Assembly: GCF_004010195.1 (NCBI RefSeq)
Contig: NC_057719.1
Coordinates: forward strand, 1,045,945 to 1,109,944
Direction of reading: 5' to 3'
Source: Chiloscyllium plagiosum
Taxonomy: Eukaryota
Length of the DNA: 64,000 nucleotides
Shown here: positions 25,939 through 38,574 of the stretch, in pieces
How the letters are laid out: each line of letters opens with the position of its first letter
How positions within the stretch are numbered: position 1 is the stretch's first letter
Made by a program: the position numbers and the translations under genes
The notes under the pieces: generated by a model
Database searches by the model: none
Told to the model about the DNA's origin: nothing
The model's input: the letters and a program-made list of their open reading frames with translations, nothing else

Positions 25939-28053
25939 ATGAACAAGTACAAGGCAAAGACTGGATTGGTGAGGAAGCTAACCAGAGGAGGCCCTCCCAA
26001 GTTATTCCTCATGAAAACCAAGAAAGGAGATCATCCAAAGGGAAGCCAAGGCGGGATGGAGGGCAATTGCAGGTTTCGGAGGAATCAGGCTGGAGTGACC
26101 ACCTCTGACCTCCAGGAGGATGAGGCAACTGGAGCCTGGACGAGGGGCAACCGTTCTGAGGTTCCCAATGTCTCAGCGTGGTCCATGACCCCAGGGATTG
26201 ATGATTCAGTCTTTGAAGAGAGTGTGGCGAGTGGATATCCAGGAGAGGAAGATGAAGGAAAGGTGTGTCATTCCTCACTGAGCAAGCCCGGGGTCAGAGG
26301 ACAGGAAGGCCCCCTGATCCAGGCCCCTGTCAAACACGGAATCAAATCGGGGAAGGGAGCGAGAGTGAGAAGGAAGAGGTGGACCAAGGGAGTGAGGGGG
26401 TCAGGCACTGCCTGGAGATCTCTGATCTGTGTGAAGAAAACGAGACAGCACCAAGAGGAGGAGGAGGAGGAGGAAGGGTCTCCGAATGGTCAGCGAGTGG
26501 CTCAGACTCTGATCAAGGCTGAGAGGGAGGGCCGGAGCTGCCTTCCTGCACAGATAGCTGAGTGTCAGGGAGACGTTCCTGGACCCCCCTGGCACAGTAC
26601 TGCAGGCTGCGACTCGAACCTCTCCTCACCAAGAGGGCCTGGCCTCAGTGCTCAAGCCCAGGAAGATCCCAGTGAACCCAAAGCAGCCCTCCAGGAAGGG
26701 GAACCGGAGTTTCAGAGATCGGGCAGTCGCTCCAAGCTGAGGAGAAGGTCCAGCGGCTGGGCTTCCTTCAGGTACCTCATGAAGTCGAGAAAGGACTGGA
26801 GAAGTTTCGCCGAGAGAAACACTGATCTCTCAGGCAGCCAGAACCAGTCGGAGACCGGAATCCTACCGGATTCCCAGGAATCTGAACTAACTGCCTCATC
26901 CGACTCAAAGGCATCGCTCAGAAAGCAAATCGGAGAGGAGGGAGACCGGAGTCCAAGTGAAAATTCCGAGGCAGCTGCCTATTGCTCAAGTCCCCCACAT
27001 GCAGATAATGAAACCCTTCATTCCCAAACGGTGGCCGTGTCACTGAATAAGCACCAAGATCCTTCAGTACCAGATGCCTCTAAGGATTCCCAGGCTGAGA
27101 TCCACTGGGACAGGGTGGAAGAGAGAGTCATGATCAAAGGATCTCCCCCAGCAACATCTCAGGATGAGGTGGAGCTTTCCAATGACAATGGGCAAGAGAC
27201 ATTGGTTGATAGCAGACAAGATGGCAGCCAGTGGTCATGTGACTTTGAGTTTGTGCCATTGATACCACAGGGAATGCAATGTGAGATTGGCAGTGCCAAA
27301 GTAAACCCATCTTACCCTCTGGGCACTGATGGGTTTCCAGGTCATTTACAGGAAAAGTTGACTCTAGATGCTTTAGGACCTGTTATCGAGACAGAGAGAC
27401 AAGAGCTGGCGAGGGGAATGCAGTCTGATTCCAGACTCGCTCCAATAGAACGTGCTGATTTGCAAAGGCCAAGCACCATTCTGTTGCAATCACTCCCATT
27501 GACAAAGGAAGAAACATCCCCAGAGCCATTGACCATTGAGAAGGCTGCACAGAATCCAATCCAGGAGTCAGCTGAACAGCAATGGTGCAATCTCACTGAG
27601 TTAAGCATCAGGAAGACCACAAATCCTGGCTGCTTCTCTCCAAATGGTAACACTAAGCAAGTACAAGATGTGCAGGTGGGTGCGACTGGGACATCACTGG
27701 GATTTATTGAACAAGGAATAAACATTGTTAGAGCCACTGCTCCCCCCGACTGTGGCTCTGTCCGTTCCCCCAGCTGCTCTGAGGAAGATGTTACTGCTGG
27801 ATGTCAAGGTCATCACCGTGTGAATTGGGATGGCTTGTCAGAGGAGGGGTGCTGGGCAGCAGATGGGCAAGGAGACACTGACCCTCTGAGTGATGTTGTT
27901 CCTGGAGCAGGGAGCCAGGAGGCAGCCTTACTTCACACAGCCTCCTGTATTGTGCAGTCAGCGATGCAGGCTGCAGTGGAGCAAGTGGCTGGAGAAACTG
28001 CGATGACAATCCTTCCAGAAAACTGTCCCCTGTCGGAACCTCGGGATTCATAG
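25939..28053 (+). CDS. AKAP5: A-kinase anchoring protein, AKAP5-like (single coding exon, 704 aa)
   Basis: Low-complexity protein with WSK-type basic motifs (TAWRSLICVKK, SGWASFRYLMKSRK) and a C-terminal PKA-RII-binding amphipathic helix ALLHTASCIVQSAMQAAVEQVAGE. Convergent with ZBTB25, as AKAP5 is in mammals. Acceptor attctttttccag at 25783; in-frame TAA at 25924 precedes the ATG. Confidence 0.75.
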   Translation: MNKYKAKTGLVRKLTRGGPPKLFLMKTKKGDHPKGSQGGMEGNCRFRRNQAGVTTSDLQEDEATGAWTRGNRSEVPNVSAWSMTPGIDDSVFEESVASGYPGEEDEGKVCHSSLSKPGVRGQEGPLIQAPVKHGIKSGKGARVRRKRWTKGVRGSGTAWRSLICVKKTRQHQEEEEEEEGSPNGQRVAQTLIKAEREGRSCLPAQIAECQGDVPGPPWHSTAGCDSNLSSPRGPGLSAQAQEDPSEPKAALQEGEPEFQRSGSRSKLRRRSSGWASFRYLMKSRKDWRSFAERNTDLSGSQNQSETGILPDSQESELTASSDSKASLRKQIGEEGDRSPSENSEAAAYCSSPPHADNETLHSQTVAVSLNKHQDPSVPDASKDSQAEIHWDRVEERVMIKGSPPATSQDEVELSNDNGQETLVDSRQDGSQWSCDFEFVPLIPQGMQCEIGSAKVNPSYPLGTDGFPGHLQEKLTLDALGPVIETERQELARGMQSDSRLAPIERADLQRPSTILLQSLPLTKEETSPEPLTIEKAAQNPIQESAEQQWCNLTELSIRKTTNPGCFSPNGNTKQVQDVQVGATGTSLGFIEQGINIVRATAPPDCGSVRSPSCSEEDVTAGCQGHHRVNWDGLSEEGCWAADGQGDTDPLSDVVPGAGSQEAALLHTASCIVQSAMQAAVEQVAGETAMTILPENCPLSEPRDS

Positions 28054-28759
28054 TGGATGCATGAGGAGTGTGAGCCAGACAACGGCAGAGTTCAAACCTC
28101 AACTGGTTTCATGTTTAACAACAAAATCTTCGCTCCTCCCATTGCAAATCTTCACTCCTCTCTCTCTGTGACAATGCTCTCTCAAAATGACAGCTATTCA
28201 GCCAGGAAACCTGCACCCTCTCTCTCACTCCCTTGACCACTCTCTGTTTCTCTTTGCCCTGACCACGCTCTCTCTCTCTCTCACTGCCTTGACCACACAC
28301 TCTCTCTTCCCCTCTCACTCTCACTCTCTCTCAATGCCTTGACCACTCTCTTCCCCTCTCTCTCTCTGCCCTGACCACACTGTCTCTCTCTCTCTCTCAC
28401 ACACACTCACACTTTCTCTCTCTCTCTCTATCCCTCTGCCTTGACCATTCTCTCCCTCACTCTGAGCCGTGACCACTCTGTCTCTCTCGCTGTCCAGCCT
28501 GAGTAAGACAGTCTCTGAGGTGCCTCTCTCCTTGTTTCCTCCATCACCCTCCCCCACACATTATCCTCCCTCACACTCAGTTACCCGACTGACACTCAGG
28601 ACGAGGTGACATACTGAGAGGTGTTTTCACTCGAGCCAATAGGATTGTCTCTTGGCTGTGGTGGAGACTGAATGGCCACCTGAATATTGCATGAGAAAGT
28701 GAAAGTAACTCTCGTTGAAACATCACTTCACCTCAGTGAGAAGACGTAGTGTTGAGTTT

Positions 28760-29270
28760 CTTGAGTGTTGCCTGGATGGGTGCAGCTCCAACAACACTCA
28801 AGAAGCTCGATACTATCCAGGGTCAAAACAGTCACTTGATTGGCACCACTTCCACAAATATCTACTCCCTCCACCACTGACGCTCAGTGGCAGCAGTGTG
28901 CACTATCTACAAGATGAAACATTTGCTAAAGGTCCTTAGACAGCACCTTCCAAACCACTTGAGAAGGTGGGGGTGAGCTGCCTTCTTGACCCGCTGCAGT
29001 CCATGTGCTGTGGGTTGACCCAAAATGCCCTTCGGGAGGGGATTCCAGGATTTTGACCCAACGACTGTGAAGGAACGGCGATATATTTCCAAGTCAGGAT
29101 GGTGAGTGGCTCGGAGGGAACTTGCAGGGGGTGATGTTCCCATGTATCTGCTGCCCTTTCCCTTCTAGATGGAAGTGGTTATTGGTTTGGAAGGTGCTGC
29201 CTGAGGGTCTTTGGTGAGTTTCTACAGTGCATCTTGTAGATGGTACACACTGCTGCTACTGAGCGTCGGT
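28760..29270. mobile_element. RTE-like LINE 3' fragments in both orientations
   Basis: HHRRSVAAVCTIYKMHC and FTVVGSKSWNPLP motifs; the same family occurs at ~50800-51300 and ~63570-64000. Confidence 0.7.
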
Positions 29271-29602
29271 GATGGGGGTGTGCTGTGGGCAGGGGGTTGG
29301 CGTCATTCTTGTGGGAAAGATCATTTCTTCTGTTTGTTTTGGAAGGTGTTGCAGATTTCCTGGAGCTGGATGCATCCAACTATCCCTCCCTCTGATTCCA
29401 GCATCTGTGCACCGACTACATGTGACCAGTGACTGCAGTGGCCTGCAGATGTCACCCATTATAATAATCATTGACAACAGGTTTGCTCGGGGAAAAGACT
29501 CTCCAGTCCCAGGCTTCTCACCAATATCCACATCCCAAGAATAAACTTTGAAAATGCCTGGTCACTCAGTGCTAGACTAGACATCCTCCTGTGATAGATG
29601 AA

Positions 29603-29935
29603 GGGAAGGCATGGTGGCTCAGTGGTTAGCACTGCTGCCTCACAGCACCAGGGATCCAAGTTCGATTCCAGCCTAGGCCACTGTCTGTGTGGAGTTTGCA
29701 CATTCTCCCTGTGTCTGCGTGGGTTTCTTCTGGGTTTTTTGGTTTCCTCCCACAGTCCAAAAATGTGCAGGTTAGGGTGAATTGGCCAGGCTAAATTGTC
29801 CAAAGTGTTCAGGGTGTGTCAGTCAGGGATAGATGTAGAAAATGGGGAATGATTGGGTGGAGTACTCTTCAGAGGGTCAGTGTGGACTTGTTGGGCCAAA
29901 AGGCCTGTTTTCACACTGTAGGATTCCATAATTCT
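29603..29935 (+). mobile_element. HE1-type SINE
   Basis: GGCATGGTGGCTCAGTGGTTAGCACTGCTGCCTCACAGCACCAGGGA head; further copies at ~31952-32237 (-), ~32528-32830 (+), ~48475-48830 (-) and ~52165-52415 (+). Confidence 0.85.
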
Positions 29936-32900
29936 ATAAAAGAGAGATTGGAACACACAAATCTCAAACCCATGTCTCCTATACCAACCTCCCCTCCTGC
30001 CCAGGTACCTCTGTCTCCCTTCACTCTGGTGGTGTCTGGGGCAGGGAGAGCTGTTGGTGCTCTGACTTGGGCAGGTTTCATTCACCCAGGGACAGCTCCC
30101 TCTTGATGGTTGTTCATGCCAAGATGAATTGCAGATCTCACTCCCTATCTCAAACAGGATTGTCCCAGAGTGGCATCCAGAGGTGATTTTAATTGAAACA
30201 CATCAGATCTTGAGGGGACTTGACTAGGTGAATGTAAAAATGATGTTTCCCCTTGTGGGAGAAGCCAGAACTAGAGGGTCATTACTTAAAAATGAGGAGG
30301 TTTAAACCAGAGAGGAGAAAACATTATTTTCTTCAGAATTTCCTTCCCCAGGAGGCAGTGAGTACAGAATCTGTATGTATTTTGAAGGCAGAGGGAAATA
30401 GAATCCTGATTACCGAGGGGAATGGAAGATTGTGTGGAGGAATATAGAGCTGGGATTAAAATCAGATCAAATGGCGGAGCAAGCTCGAAGGGCCGAGTGG
30501 CCTATTGTTGTCGGTATGAACTGCTCTGAGAATTTAGCCAGTGACGGGTCTGTTTCCTAAACTGTTGGCAGTAGTTTATGTCTCAGTGAATGTCGAACTG
30601 GCTTGAAGGGCTGAGAGGCCTCCTCCTCCTTCTATGGGGATTTTTTAATGATGGCCTGATCTAGGGAGGATGGGGAGCTAGACTTGGTGATCACTAACCC
30701 TGAGGCAGAAACTCTGTAATGCCTGGGATAATTATCTGTTGCTTCATGGTGACTTAGGCCTTCAGTCCCGAAACAAAATAACATTAATGCTCAGAATTTA
30801 CACCAGTCCCAGGTAGTTGTCCACTTGCCTGCTGCTGATATAAGCCTGGAATCAAGTCTTCAATAGATCACGACTCCTGACCTTCCAGGATTGACTTCTC
30901 TGACTTCTAGGTTATTGTCCTCTCAGTCTATAATCTCAGTTATTCCAGAACCTTCCAAATCATTGTCTCTTGTGCAAATTCATAAACTCATCAGATACCA
31001 TGGGCTCACATTCATTTGAAAAGTCGGATTTGGTATTCCTTCAAGCTCTGAAGCTTAACTCAAGCCAGAAGGTCTAAGTTAGATGGTGATTGAGAGGATG
31101 AGATGTAGATAGAGGGAGACTGTTTTCTTTGGTCAGGGGGAGGAAGGGGTTTGGGTGTGGACGTTGGAGTGTAATGGCTTAGAGGTGAGGTCAGGAAGTC
31201 TTTCAAGGGGCAGTGAAAATTTGGAATACTCTTCCCTCAAACATCTGGAGAAACCAGGAGTTCATTGGAAACCTCAAAACTAAGCCTGACCAACCTTAGT
31301 GCAAGTGTGTTTTGGTATTGATACTAACGGAGGCGCTGAGATCATGTTATCGATCAGCCAGGGTCTGATATCCAATCTGAGAGTGCGGTCTTCATTGGAT
31401 AAGGAACAACGGTAGGGAAATGGAGTTAAGGTACATCTCAGCCGTGACCTGAATGCTCCAACAGGATTAAGATCTGATCTTTCCGATCTTAAATTCCTGG
31501 ATGACCTTTACAGAGTATTGTCACACATTCCTCTCCAGAGAAACCATCACAGGGACATTACTGCAATTGCTTCTTCAGTCCCATGGAGATCAATTCACAG
31601 CCTCAACACATCTCTTGACTTTTTAAAAATTCATTCACAGGATGAGAACGTTACTGACCAGGCCAGCATTTATTGCAGATCCCTAATTACTCAGATGACA
31701 ATGGAGAGTCAACCACATTGCTGTGGGTCTGGAGTCACGTGTAGACCAGCCTCGGCAAGGACAGAAGATTTCTTTCCCTAAAAGACGTTAGTGAACCAGA
31801 TGGGGATGTATGACAATTAGCATTGGTCATCATTAGAATGTTAATGCCAGATTTTTATTAAATTCAAATGTCACTATCTGTCATGGCAGGATTCAAACCC
31901 AGGTCCCCAGACCCTGGTTTTCTGGATGAATAGGCAAGTGATAAGGAGAGATTAGATTCCTTACAGTGTGGAAACAGGCCCTTTGGCCCAACCAGTCCAC
32001 ACCAACCCTCCGAAGAGTAACCCATCCAGAATCATTTCCCTCCTAACACTAACGCTATGGGCAATTTAGCATGGCCAACTCACCTGACCTGCACATCGTT
32101 GGATTGTGGGAGGAAACCGGAGCACCCGGAGGAAACCCACGCAGACACAGGGAGAATGTGCAAACTCCACACAGACAGTCACCCGAACCTGGGACCCTGG
32201 TACTGTGAGGCAGCAGTGCTAACCACTGAGCCACCATTCTAATAGCAGCAGGACATCACCTTAACCTTGTGTGACCTCCTGGTGATTTGACTTCTCCGGT
32301 GTGTGATGGTGAAAGTGACACTTCAATGTGTTTACAAAGATGGCAGCTGTGGCTTGAGGTTTGATTCTTTCATATTCCTATGTCCAACTCCACCCAGGAG
32401 GTGTCAGTCATCGGTACAATTACATCTTTATCTCAAATGACAGAGAAACATCAGCCAATTGTCAGGGAATGTCTAACAATCCTCAGTAGAACCGAGAAAC
32501 AAATTTTTTTTTATTGGTTAGAAATTTGGGGTGGCACGGTGGCACAGTGGTTAGCACTGCTGCCTCACAGCGCCAGAGACCCGGGTTCAAATCCCACCTC
32601 AGGTGACTGACTGTGTGGAGTTTGCACATTCTCCCTGAGTCTGCGTGGGTTTCCTCAGGTTGCTCCGGTTTCCTCCCACAATCCAAAGAGGTGCAGGTCA
32701 GGTGAATTGGCTATGCTAAATTGCCCGTAGTGTTAGATGTAGGGGGTATGGGTGGGTTGCGCTTCGGCGGGTCGGTGTGGACTTGTTGGGCCGAAGGGCC
32801 TGTTTCCACACTGTAGGTAATCTAATCTAAAATAAACAACAGTTGTCATTGAAGGAATCTCTCACAGAGACAGCAAGCAATGAGGAAGGCAAATGGAGCA

Positions 32901-35900
32901 TGAGCCTTTATTATAAAGGGATGGGGTTTTAGACAAAGTCTTACTGTAATTATTTCAGATTTTGTTGAGGTGACTCCTGGAATAGTGCCAGGACTGTCCT
33001 ATGGAGAGATTGGACAAACTGAGCCTGGATTCACTTAAAATTCCAAAAGAATGCGAGGTGATCTCATTGAAACCTACAAATTACTTCAAGGGATAGACAG
33101 GGAAGTTGCAACTGTTGACGCTGGATGGGGAGTCTAGAACCAGGGGGAACAATTTATTAATAAAGGGGATGTCACTTTGGTCTGAGATGAAGAGAATTTC
33201 TTTTACTCAAAGGGTTGTGTGTCTTTGGAATTCTTTACCACAGGGGGCTGCGGAGCTCAGTCTTTGAGTCTGTATAAGATAAAGCATGATAGATTTCTGA
33301 TTACCAGTGATGCACTGAGTAATGGGAATGGGGTGGGGAAAAAGCATGAAGTGTTCAATCAGCCGTGATTACGGTGAGTGGTGGGATAGGTTCAATGGAC
33401 TGAATGGCCTACCCCTGTTCCTACATTAAAGGAAGGGTTTTTTTTTCTTTTTAATTAGATTTATTAATGTTACTTATCAGAGTACAGTGAAAAGCTTTGT
33501 TTTGCGTGCAGTACAAGCAGATCATAACATACAAAGATCATGGAGTGATTGAACGCGGCGAGGAATACAATGTTCGGCCAGAGAAAGTGCACAAAGAGCA
33601 GGGTCAACATTAGATTTGAAATTTGAGAGGTCCATTCAGAAATCTAATAACAGCGGGAAGAAGCTGTTCTTGAACCTGTTGGCATGTGCATCTTTTAAGC
33701 TTTTGCCTGATGGAAGAGGTTGGAAGAGGTCTTTGATGATGTTGGCTGGGCTGCCTTTCCAAGGCAAAGAGAAGTGTAGATGGAGTCAATGGGATGGACT
33801 GAGCTGTGTTCACAACCTTCAGTGCTTTCTTACGGTCCTGGGCAGAGCAGTTTCCGTACTAAGCCATGATGCATCCAGATAGAAGGGTACACAAATACTC
33901 ACAGATGGCAAAGGCTCACGAGGTTGATCCCAGAGATGAGGGAATTGGCCCATGAAGGATCAAATAAACAGGGGCCAGATTCTCTCCAGAGGGGTGAGCA
34001 GTAATCTCAGTGAAAATGATACAAAACCAAGTGGGGTAGATAGGAAAGGTTGTTTTACATTAGTCAAGATTTAAAAGATGGGATCAGGATAAGGAGTCGG
34101 TCATTTAGAACTGAAATAAGGAGAAATTTCTTCGAAGGGTTGAGAATCTTTCGAATTCTTTACTCCAGAGAACTGTGAATATATTCAAGAAGAAAACAAG
34201 AGAATTTTGGGAATGATGGAATTTAGGAATGAATTGGAAGGGTGAAGTTGGAGTCTATGTTACTGTTAGCAGAGCAGACTATCTCTCCCACTGCTGCAGT
34301 TATTTCTTGCTCTTAAAATCATCCACCACCAAGAGAATTTCATTTCATTCCCGAATCGAGACCCGAAACAAGTTTGAGGGGAAAGGTTTGCAATGCTGAG
34401 TTGTTTGTTCAGCAGTGTGGTTGACACAAGGTCCTGGGCTGATTGTCTAACAGAATAAAACACAAGCTATTCTTGTTGCTGCACTTTTAACGTAATAAAT
34501 TCTGATTCATCAAATTTGTTGGAATTGATGGTTTTATTTTAGGACAAGGAGAAAAACAAAATAATTCCCAGTATTTACCAGAACACATGAAGCCAGGGCC
34601 AGGAGTTCAGAGCTGTCTCTATTGTGTTTAATAGTTTAGGTTTCTACCCACACTCAACGTGACTGACAAATGAAACACCACACACACAATTTAATATTCT
34701 TCTGCCCACAATAGTTGACTCCAGACCTGATGATCAATGATTTACATTAAGTCATCAATAACTTTTTAATCTTGCAAACATCCTTCTCTTTTTCAAATCT
34801 TCTGTAGTCAGCTCTTGCCTAAAGAAAACCCTTTTACACCCACTGTCTTTGCAGAAAGAGTGAAGGTCCCATATTCTATCCTCTATAAAGTTGAGCGCGT
34901 GCTCACCTCTGCTGTCCATGTCCTCCCTCAGAGTACATCATCTTCCCACCTCGGCCTGCGCTTGCTGACCTACCACAGTGAAATGAGGATTTTAATTTCA
35001 CACTCTAGTTTTCCAATCCCTCAATGGCCTTGCTTTCCCCCTATCACAGAACTCCTCAAACTCCGATCTTACGAGCATTCCTGATTATTCTGCATTGACC
35101 ATTAACCTCAGTCTTCCAGCTCCCGGGGCCAGAGGTTCTGGAATTAAATTCCCAAACCTCTCCAGCTCATTTTTCTCTGACAGCTGGTCCTTAAAAAACC
35201 AATCTCTTTCCCCAACCTGTCCTAATATTTCCTGAGGTTATACAGCATGGAAACAGACTCTTCAGTCCAACCAGTCCATGCCAAGCATAATCCCAAACTA
35301 CAAGCAAAAACAGGTGCTGGAAAAACTCAGCATTTGTGAAGAGATATCAGAATTAACAGTTCTGAGTAATTCTGGACCCAAACAGTTCTGGACCCAAAAT
35401 GTTAATGCTGATTTAGAACATAGAAGAATACAGCACAGTACAGGCCCTTTGGCCCACAATGTTGCACCGATCCAAGTCCCCCTAACCTACACTAGCCCAC
35501 TATCCTCCATATGCTTATCCAATGCCCGTTTAAATGCCCATAAAGAGGGAGAGTCCACCACTGCTACTGGCAGGGTATTCCATGAACTCACGACTCGCTG
35601 AGTAAAGAATCTACTCCTAACATCTGTCCTATACCTACCACCCCTTAATTTAAAGCTATGCCCCCTCGTAATAGCTGACTCCATACGTGGAAAAAGGTTC
35701 TCATGGTCAACCCTATCTAAACCCCTAATCATCTTGTACACCTCTATCAAGTCACCCCTAAACCTTCTTTTCTCCAATGAAATAATCCTGCTTTGCTTTT
35801 CCAGCATCAGCACAGGCTGGTGGCTCTCACTCCACCTTCTCTCTTCTGCAAGGTATTCTTCAGATATTCTTTGAGGCTCGTTACAGCAGATATTATGGAT

Positions 35901-36349
35901 TTTCACACATTAAAAGTTTCATGACCACTTTCTGGTTAGTAGGCATGGATATGTAAAATCAGATGATGGGCATCACATTTACTAGCTGCGTGTTAATAAG
36001 AGACATGGCAATCTGTTAATTGCCAAACTGATTGTTGGCAATTAACAGATTTCACTTTAGTCTAGATTAGAGTGGGGCTGGAAAAGCACAGCAGGTCAGG
36101 CAGCATCCGAGAAGCAGGAAAACCGATGTTTCGGGCAAAAGCCCTTCATCAGGAATGGAGGATTTCACTTAGCAGAGGCATCCAGACCTGCTGCCCTTTT
36201 CCAGTAACTTCTGTTTTTGTTCCTGATTTACAATATCCACAGTTCTTCTGGTTTTAATAATCCCAAACTAAACTAGACCCACCTGCCTGCTCCTGGCCCA
36301 TATCCCCCTAAACCTTCCCCAATCATCTTATTCAAAGGTCTTTCACATT

Positions 36350-36800
36350 GTAAATGTAGTCACATCCACCACTTTCTCGGGAAATGTACCCACATCCACC
36401 ACTTCCTCAGGAAATGTACCCACATCCACCACTTTCTCGGGAAACGTCAACATACCCACAACCACCACTCCCTCAGGAAGTGTACCCACATTCACCATTT
36501 CCTCGGGAAATGTCAACATACCCACATCCTCGAGAAATGTCAATGTACCCACATCCACCACTTCCTCAGGACATGTCAACATATCCATATCCACCACTTC
36601 CTTGGGAAATGTCAACGTACTCACCTCCACCACTTTCTTGGGAAATGTACCCACATCCACCACTTCCTCGGGAAATGTCAACGTACCCACATCTCCCACG
36701 TCCTCGGGAAATCTTCCCACATCCACCACTCCCTCAGGAAATGTACCCACATCCACCACTTCCTCGGGAAATGTCAACGTACCCACGTCCACCACTTCCT
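36350..36800. repeat. 30/36-bp tandem repeat (GGAAATGT[CAACGT]ACCCACATCCACCACTTCCTC)
   Basis: About 13 units growing out of an adjacent CR1 3' end (36268-36370). Confidence 0.85.
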
Positions 36801-38574
36801 TGTGAGATCAGTGTCAAATCCTACTGGATAACACACTTGTAAAGCACCTTGAGACATTTTGACATATTTGGAAGTGCTTTATAAATTCAAGTTTTCTATG
36901 TCCTTACTCCTTTGTGTCAGCCTCCACGCATCTATTGCTCCTTGGTAATATCCAGATATCTAGTGTCCAGCCAATCAGACATCTTATAATAGCAAAATAC
37001 TACAACTGCTGGAACTGAGGGTACTGTAGAATTGGTATTGTATCAACAATATCTCACATATATAGTCACAAATATTTACAAATCACAAGTGTTATAGTGC
37101 AGAATGAAGCCACTCAGCCCATTGTGTGCAGTTCTATTCCCTAGTGCCAATCTCCTGCTTTCCCCCATCCCTGCACACCATTTCTATCCAAATAACCATC
37201 CAATGCCCCTCTTGAATGCCCTCAACTGAACCTGCCTCCACCACATTTCCAGGCAGTGGGTTCCCCACACCCAAACTACTCACTGGATTAATTTTATTTC
37301 TCACATCACCCTTACTTTGTTTGCACATCACTTTAAACCTACATCCTCTTGTTCTTGTGACTTTCACAAGCAGAAACAGCTTCACACTATCTACACTGTC
37401 CAGCCCACTCATGATTCTGAAAGCCTCAATCAGATCGCCTCTCAGCCTTCTTCGCTCCAAGGAGAGCTGTCCCACATTACTGAATTTGTTCATTCCTGGA
37501 ACCTTTCCTCATAAACCTTTCCTCAACTCTTTCCAAACCTTCCTATAGTGTGGTGTCTACAGCTGTACACACTCCGGCTGAGGTTAAACAAGTGTCTTGT
37601 ACAAGTTCCACATCACCTCCTCGCTCTTGTATGCTATGCCCCTATTACTGCTCGCTCCCCCTATCCTGCCTCCTTCAATGATCTGTGCATATATACACCC
37701 ACCTCCCTCTGCTCCTGCACACCCTTTAGAATTATATGCCCTATTTTATATTGTCTTTCAATGCTCTTCTGACCAAAGTGCATCATTCACACTACTCTGC
37801 GATCACCCTAACCTGCCAACTCCACCAACTTGCTGATGCCCTTCTGGAAGGCAGAGTTGCAATGGCAACACAATTCCCTGAAAGCTCCCCTCCAGGAGAT
37901 ATAGAATCCTGAGGTGGAAATATATTGGTGATCCTTCGCTGTCACTAGTTTGAAATCTTGAATCTTCTCTCTAACAGTGTTGTGGTTGTATTGACACCCA
38001 AAGACTACAGTGGATCAAGAAGGCAGCTCACTACCACCTATTCCAGGGCAACTTGGGACAGGAGTAAGGTTAGCCCAGCCAGCAATACCCACAGTCTCAA
38101 GTGAGAACAATCAAACCGCACTTGAATGAGCGGTTTTTAGGTAGGATCTTTCTGGTCACTGCTCCTGATCCCTCAGACTTTCAGTGCAGATTTTCTTTCA
38201 AGGTGACATCAAATTTGCGAACTGCTCATGTTGCATTAGCACAGAAGCAGCTCAGGACTCAACAAGTTCAGGCATCTGGATTACTGCAGCAGGAACATAA
38301 CCACAGCACCAGCAGTTCTAAATGCACATGGATTACTGAGCGTATGTTTGGATCCACATTCCCAAGTTTAACAAGAGTGACTCCATTTGCGTTATCAATG
38401 AGAGGAGACTGCACATGCAGAGCTAACAGAAACATTGAAAAATTAGAGTCAATGACTGTGCTCCTCTGTAGGGTACACAGTACTGATTTCCACAAATTTC
38501 AACCTCCCATGGAGTCATTAACTCTTCTAGTCTCGTTGGAAATGCTCAATAAATTACCCTCATTACATAATAGA

